The position numbers were made by a program, and so were the translations under genes. A stretch of 64,000 bases of DNA from an uncultured beta proteobacterium (GTDB taxonomy: Bacteria > Pseudomonadota > Gammaproteobacteria > Burkholderiales > Burkholderiaceae_C), in NCBI GenBank assembly GCA_963840805.1, contig CAWJAJ010000016.1, positions 290,609 to 354,608 on the forward strand. Direction: 5' to 3'. This document shows positions 60,105 through 64,000 of the stretch, piece by piece (position 1 is the stretch's first letter; every line of letters begins with the position of its first letter). The notes beneath the pieces are model-generated. The model did no database searches, was not told the DNA's origin, and was given only the letters and a program-made list of their open reading frames with translations.

Positions 60105-60749
60105 TCAGGCACTCACGGCGGCGGCTGCCCGCGCGCGGCGCCTGCGCGCCGCCGCGGCCGGCGGGCTGACGGCCGGCAAGCCGCCGAAGAACAGCTCGGC
60201 AACGATCGGCGCCAGCGTGTCGTGGCTCAGCGTGCCGCCGGGCTTCATCCAGGTGAAGGTCCAGTTGATCATGCCGAACAGCAGCATCGCCAGCGGCGTG
60301 GCCAGCGGCGCCAGGTCGGGCCGCACGCGCGTGATCGCTGCGGCGAAGGCCGCCACGACGCGGCGCTGGCCCGCTTCGACCTGCGCGCGCTCGGCGTCGT
60401 GCAGGAACTTGACGTCTTCGGTGAGCACGCGGTGCGCATGTTGCGCATCGGCATACGCCGCGGTGAAGCGGCGCAGCAGCGCATCGAGCTCGGCCGCCGG
60501 TGGCAGCCCTTCGGCCTTCACCGCGGCGACCAGCGCTTCGAGCCGCGCCACGTGGTCGCCGGCGATCTGCGCCAGCAGCGCATGCTTGTCGCGCACATAG
60601 TGGTACAGCGTGGCCTTGCTGACCGCACTGGCCGCGGCGACCTCGTTCATCGACGCCGCGGTGTAGCCGCGCCGCGCGAACAGCTCGGCGGCGCGCCGCA
60701 GGATCAGCGCGCGCTGGTCGTCGTAGCTGGCGGCACGGGTGCGGGACAT
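60105..60749 (-). CDS. TetR family transcriptional regulator (downstream of paaE; possible paa regulator)
   Basis: HTH FARRGYTAASMNEVAAASAVSKATLYHYV; 214 aa. Confidence 0.8.
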   Translation of the reverse strand: MSRTRAASYDDQRALILRRAAELFARRGYTAASMNEVAAASAVSKATLYHYVRDKHALLAQIAGDHVARLEALVAAVKAEGLPPAAELDALLRRFTAAYADAQHAHRVLTEDVKFLHDAERAQVEAGQRRVVAAFAAAITRVRPDLAPLATPLAMLLFGMINWTFTWMKPGGTLSHDTLAPIVAELFFGGLPAVSPPAAAARRRRARAAAAVSA

Positions 60750-60766
60750 GACCGGGTGCCGCCGCG

Positions 60767-61921
60767 TCAGCGTTCGTCGAACGACAGCACGACGCGGTCG
60801 GTCAGCGGGTGGGCCTGGCAGGTGAGCACGAAGCCGCTGGCGACCTCGGCCTTGTCGAGCGCGAAGTTGCGCTCCATGCGCACCTGGCCTTCGACGACCT
60901 TGGCGCGGCAGGTGCCGCAGACGCCCGAGGTGCAGGAGAACGGCACCTCGAGCCCGGCCGCAGAGGCGCAGTCGAGGATGCTGGCCTGGTCCTTGCGGAA
61001 CGCGATCTCGCGCCGCAGGCCGTCGCGCACGATGACGACGCGCGCGTTGTCGGCGTCGCCCGGCAGCGCCTGGTGCACCACGGCACCGCCGGCCTGTGGC
61101 GCGAGGCCGAAGCGTTCGATGTGGATGCGGTCTTCGGGCACACCGGCGGCCAGCAGCGCCGCCTCGGCCTCGTCGTTCATCTGGAACGGCCCGCAGACGT
61201 AGACATGGTCGATGCCCGCTGCCGGCACCACGCTGGCCAGGAACTCGGCGATCTTGTCGCGGTTCATCGGGCCCCTGTTCAGCGGCGCGTCCGGGCGCCG
61301 GGCCGCCCCAAGCCCGGACAGCACCCCCTCGGGGGGCGCGAGCGCAGCGAGTTGGGGGTCCACACCCTCGGTGACTTCGTCGGAGAACACGTGGTGCAGC
61401 ACCAGCCGCGTCATGGTGCGGTTCTTCAGGTCCTCGAGTTCCTCCTTGAACATCGTCGACTGCAGCCGGCGGTTGCCGTAGATCAGCGTGAAGCGGCTCG
61501 CCGGTTCGCGCGCCAGCACGGTCTTCATGATCGACAGGATCGGGGTGATGCCGCTGCCGCCGGCGATGCCGACGTGGTGCCGGTGCGCGGCGGCGTCCAG
61601 CGGCACGAAGAAGCGGCCCTGCGGCGCCATCACGCCGATCGTGTCGCCGGGCTGCAGCCGTTCGTTGATCCAGTTCGAGAACAGCCCGCCCTTGACCTGG
61701 CGCACGCCGACACGCAGTTCACCGTCGTCGACGCCGGCGCAGATCGAGTACGAACGCCGCAGGTCCTGGCCGTCGATGGTCTTGCGCAGCGTCAGGTACT
61801 GGCCCTGCGTGAAGCCGAAGACCTCGCGCAGCGCCGGTGGCACGTCGAAGCTGACGATCACCGCCTCGGCAGTGTCGGGTTCGATGCGGCGCACCGTCAG
61901 GTCGTGGAACAGGCTCGACAT
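60767..61921 (-). CDS. paaE: Phenylacetyl-CoA 1,2-epoxidase reductase subunit
   Basis: 384 aa. RSYSI FAD motif, GGSGITP NAD motif, C-terminal 2Fe-2S CTSGVCGTCRAKV. Carries a repeat-derived insert (see 61290-61358). Confidence 0.88.
   Translation of the reverse strand: MSSLFHDLTVRRIEPDTAEAVIVSFDVPPALREVFGFTQGQYLTLRKTIDGQDLRRSYSICAGVDDGELRVGVRQVKGGLFSNWINERLQPGDTIGVMAPQGRFFVPLDAAAHRHHVGIAGGSGITPILSIMKTVLAREPASRFTLIYGNRRLQSTMFKEELEDLKNRTMTRLVLHHVFSDEVTEGVDPQLAALAPPEGVLSGLGAARRPDAPLNRGPMNRDKIAEFLASVVPAAGIDHVYVCGPFQMNDEAEAALLAAGVPEDRIHIERFGLAPQAGGAVVHQALPGDADNARVVIVRDGLRREIAFRKDQASILDCASAAGLEVPFSCTSGVCGTCRAKVVEGQVRMERNFALDKAEVASGFVLTCQAHPLTDRVVLSFDER
61290..61358. repeat. REP-like element copy lying in-frame inside paaE
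   Basis: CCGGGCGCCGGGCCGCCCCAAGCCCGGACAGCACCCCCTCGGGGGGCGCGAGCGCAGCGAGTTGGGGG aligns along its length with the 63.2-kb units. It is translated as ..VDPQLAALAPPEGVLSGLGAARRP.. Confidence 0.6.
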
Positions 61922-61932
61922 CGTGCGTGCCT

Positions 61933-62425
61933 TCAGATCGGCTTGAAGTGCTCGAATGGCTCGCGGCAGTCCAGGCAGCGGTGCAAGGCCTTGCACGCGG
62001 TCGAGCCGAACGCCGACAGCCGCTCGGTGTGGGCGCTGCCGCAGCGTGGGCAGGCCAGCGCCTCGGCACGGCGCAGGATGCGGATCGGCGAACCCTGCCC
62101 TGGCGGCACCGGGCCCGGCGGCGCGATGCCGTACTCGCGCAGCTTGCGCTTGCCGGCCTCGCTGATCCAGTCGGTGGTCCAGGCCGGCGCGCGCTGCAGT
62201 CGTCACCCGCGTCGGGCCCAGGCCGGCGGCGTCGAGCGCGTCGATGACGCTGCGCTGGATGACTTCGGTGGCCGGGCAACCGCTGTAGGTCGGCGTCAGC
62301 ACGACCCGCAGGCCGCCGCCATCGGCGCACACGTCGCGCACGATGCCCAGGTCGCGCAGCGACAGTGCCGGCAGCTCGGGGTCGGGCACCTGGTCCAGCA
62401 CGGCCCAGGCGGCTTGCACGTTCAC
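61933..62425 (-). pseudogene. paaD: Phenylacetate-CoA oxygenase subunit PaaD, frame shift near 62200
   Basis: DUF59 part VLDQVPDPELPALSLRDLGIVRDV..LTPTYSGCPA.. The C-terminal Cys-rich tail ..CPRCGSAHTERLSAFGSTACKALHRCLDCREPFEHFKPI* is in another frame. GTGA overlap with paaC. Confidence 0.8.
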
Positions 62426-63207
62426 CACGCGCCTCCCGGAAAACTGCGCTGCAGGCACTGCATCTCGGCCAGCAGGCGGCCCATGTGCTCGCTGTGCACG
62501 CCCAGCGAGCCGGTGCTGCGGAAGGCGCCTTCGGCCGGTATGCGCAAGCCCGCCGCGTCGAACACCGCGGCGATCTCGGCCTGCCAGGCTTCGCGCAGCG
62601 CGCTGCGCGCCGGGCCCAGGCCGCTGGCCACGGCCGCCGCATCGACCTCATCGGCGGCGAACATCTCCGGCACGAAGCGCCACAGTTCGGCCAGCGCCGT
62701 CTCGACGCGCCGGCGCGATTCGTCGGTGCCGTCGGCCAGCCGCACGACCCAGTCGGCCGCGTGCTGCTGGTGGTAGCGCGCCTCCTTGACGGCCTTGCCG
62801 GCGATTGCAGCCAGCTCGGCATCGCCCGAGTGCTGCAGCCGGTCCCAGTGCAGCTCGAGCCAGGTGGCGAGCATCAGGTTGCGCAACACCGTGAAGGCGA
62901 AATCGCCGCGCGGCAGCTCGGCGATCGTCAGGTTGCGGTAGTCGCGCTCGTCGCGCAGGAAGGCGAGTTGGTCCTCGTCGAACGTGCGATCCCTGCCCTG
63001 GCCCTCGATCTGGCCAGCCCGCGTCAGCAACGCGCGCGTCTGGCCGATCAGGTCGAGCGCGACATTGGCCAGCGCGATGTCCTCCTCGAGCACCGGCCCG
63101 TGGCCGCACCACTCGCCCAGCCGCTGGCCGAGGATCAGGCAGGTGTCGGCGAGGCGCAGCAGGTACTGCACCTGCGGCGTGAAGTCGAGCGAGATCGAGG
63201 CGGTCAT
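62422..63207 (-). CDS. paaC: Phenylacetyl-CoA 1,2-epoxidase subunit PaaC
   Basis: 261 aa. MTASISLDFTPQVQYLLRLADTCLILGQRLGEWCGHGPVLEEDIALAN... Confidence 0.88.
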   Translation of the reverse strand: MTASISLDFTPQVQYLLRLADTCLILGQRLGEWCGHGPVLEEDIALANVALDLIGQTRALLTRAGQIEGQGRDRTFDEDQLAFLRDERDYRNLTIAELPRGDFAFTVLRNLMLATWLELHWDRLQHSGDAELAAIAGKAVKEARYHQQHAADWVVRLADGTDESRRRVETALAELWRFVPEMFAADEVDAAAVASGLGPARSALREAWQAEIAAVFDAAGLRIPAEGAFRSTGSLGVHSEHMGRLLAEMQCLQRSFPGGAW

Positions 63208-63360
63208 CTCAGGCCAGCGCCGGGCCGCTCCCAAGCGGCCTGAGCTCCCCTCGGGGGACGCGAACGAAGTGAGCTGGGGGCGGAGATCTCAGGCCAGCGC
63301 CGGGCCGCTCCCAAGCGGCCTGAGCTCCCCTCGGGGGACGCGAACGAAGTGAGCCAGGGG
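63201..63360. repeat. Two tandem 80-bp REP-like units filling the paaB-paaC spacer
   Basis: 63206-63274 is identical to 63286-63354 (69/69). Each unit has hairpins GGCCGCT-CCCA-AGCGGCC and CCCC-TC-GGGG. Confidence 0.85.
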
Positions 63361-63369
63361 TCGTCATGA

Positions 63370-63663
63370 CTACATGTGGTCGACTTCGGCCGGCAGCTTG
63401 TAGAAGGTCGGGTGGCGGTAGACCTTGTCTTCCATCGGGTCGAAGTACATCGCCTTGTCGGCCGGGTCGCTGGCCACGATCTGGTCGGAGCGCACGACCC
63501 ACACGCTGCAGCCCTCCTGGCGCCGCGTGTAGACGTCGCGCGCGAGCTGGATCGCCAGCTTCGCGTCGGCCGCGTGCAGGCTGCCGCAGTGCTTGTGGTC
63601 CAGGCCGGCCCTGGTGCGCACGAAGACTTCCCACAGCGGCCATTCGGTGCTCGTCACGCTCAT
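63370..63663 (-). CDS. paaB: Phenylacetyl-CoA 1,2-epoxidase subunit PaaB
   Basis: 97 aa. MSVTSTEWPLWEVFVRTRAGLDHKHCGSLHAAD..DVYTRR..; ATGA overlap with paaA. Confidence 0.9.
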   Translation of the reverse strand: MSVTSTEWPLWEVFVRTRAGLDHKHCGSLHAADAKLAIQLARDVYTRRQEGCSVWVVRSDQIVASDPADKAMYFDPMEDKVYRHPTFYKLPAEVDHM

Positions 63664-64000
63664 GCGGCCTCCTTCATCGACTGTTTGCCGGCATGGGCCA
63701 GCGCGGCTTCGCGCACCCAGGCGCCGTCTTCCCAGGCCTTGACGCGGGCGGCCAGGCGTTCGCGGTTGCAGGCCCCATCGCCGCCGACGACGCGCCAGAA
63801 CTCCGGCCAGTCGATGGCGCCGTGATCCCAGTGCCCGCGCGCGTCGTTCCAGCGCAGCTCGGCGTCGGGCAGCGTCACGCCGAGCACCTTGGCCTGGTCG
63901 ACCGCGGCGTCGATGAACTTCTGGCGCAGCGTGTCGTTGGAGACGCGCTTGATGCCCCAGCGCATGCCCTGCGCCGAGTTCGGGCTCTGGTCGTCGGGCG
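63660..64000 (-). CDS. paaA: Phenylacetyl-CoA 1,2-epoxidase catalytic subunit PaaA, C-terminal part (5' end outside the window)
   Basis: Frame open to the window edge. ..PDDQSPNSAQGMRWGIKRVSNDTLRQKFIDAAVDQAKVLG.. Confidence 0.85.
   Translation of the reverse strand, partial: PDDQSPNSAQGMRWGIKRVSNDTLRQKFIDAAVDQAKVLGVTLPDAELRWNDARGHWDHGAIDWPEFWRVVGGDGACNRERLAARVKAWEDGAWVREAALAHAGKQSMKEAA

Noticed and set aside
63201-63360. Possible CRISPR array
   Set aside because: There are only two directly abutting 80-bp units with no unique spacers. The units belong to a dispersed REP-like family, and no cas genes are present in the window.
63209-63367. 53-codon ORF (MTTPGSLRSRPPRGAQAAWERPGAGL...) spanning both REP units and ending 1 nt before the paaC ATG
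   Set aside because: It is encoded entirely by repeat sequence, has no convincing RBS, and its composition is repeat-driven. It is most likely non-coding, although a coupling uORF cannot be excluded without ribosome profiling.

Overview
Very GC-rich chromosomal segment. The protein signatures look betaproteobacterial (Burkholderiales/Comamonadaceae-like), but that placement is inference only. I found no rRNA, tRNA, CRISPR array, prophage or recognisable defence system. The window is a patchwork of aromatic/alicyclic catabolism, transport and regulator genes. Left to right: the 3' end of a 2-oxoacid dehydrogenase E2 gene, then a TPP enzyme and an acyl-CoA ligase (both badly frame-disrupted). 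Next comes a small decayed islet (DUF1428, DUF1330, an integrase remnant, PaiB-like), followed by argO with an internally deleted argP and a broken class V aminotransferase. A five-gene branched-chain-type ABC importer follows (every gene frame-disrupted). Then come an AroE-like dehydrogenase, IclR, an FAD dehydrogenase, an SDR and phaC, followed by a histidine-kinase remnant and several small stress-type genes. A large uncharacterised CoA-dependent catabolic cluster spans 23.6-35.6 kb. At 35.8-41.1 kb there is a WD40 lipoprotein next to an SGNH-lipase / membrane-anchored protein / Lnt-like-fusion operon. Then osmC, pobR-pobA, an AEC transporter flanked by 43-bp direct repeats, a third SDR/NIPSNAP/FAD-dehydrogenase module with an AraC regulator, phoD, envelope proteins, dodecin and corA. 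The window ends with an alpha/beta-hydrolase-LuxR fusion and paaABCDE plus tetR. The most notable observations are these. (1) A ~70-80 bp REP-like palindromic repeat family occurs intergenically, in tandem inside the paa operon, and apparently in-frame inside paaE. (2) The SGNH / anchor protein / Lnt-with-295-aa-extension operon has no assigned function. (3) About 20 genes carry reading-frame disruptions, and these are strikingly clustered. This could be true gene decay or uneven assembly quality. At least argP, an integrase fragment and a kinase fragment are genuine deletions. (4) Paralogous FAD-dehydrogenase catabolic modules share a candidate operator. I did not find a clear new multi-gene system of the defence or secretion type; the candidates offered are inferences from gene content.
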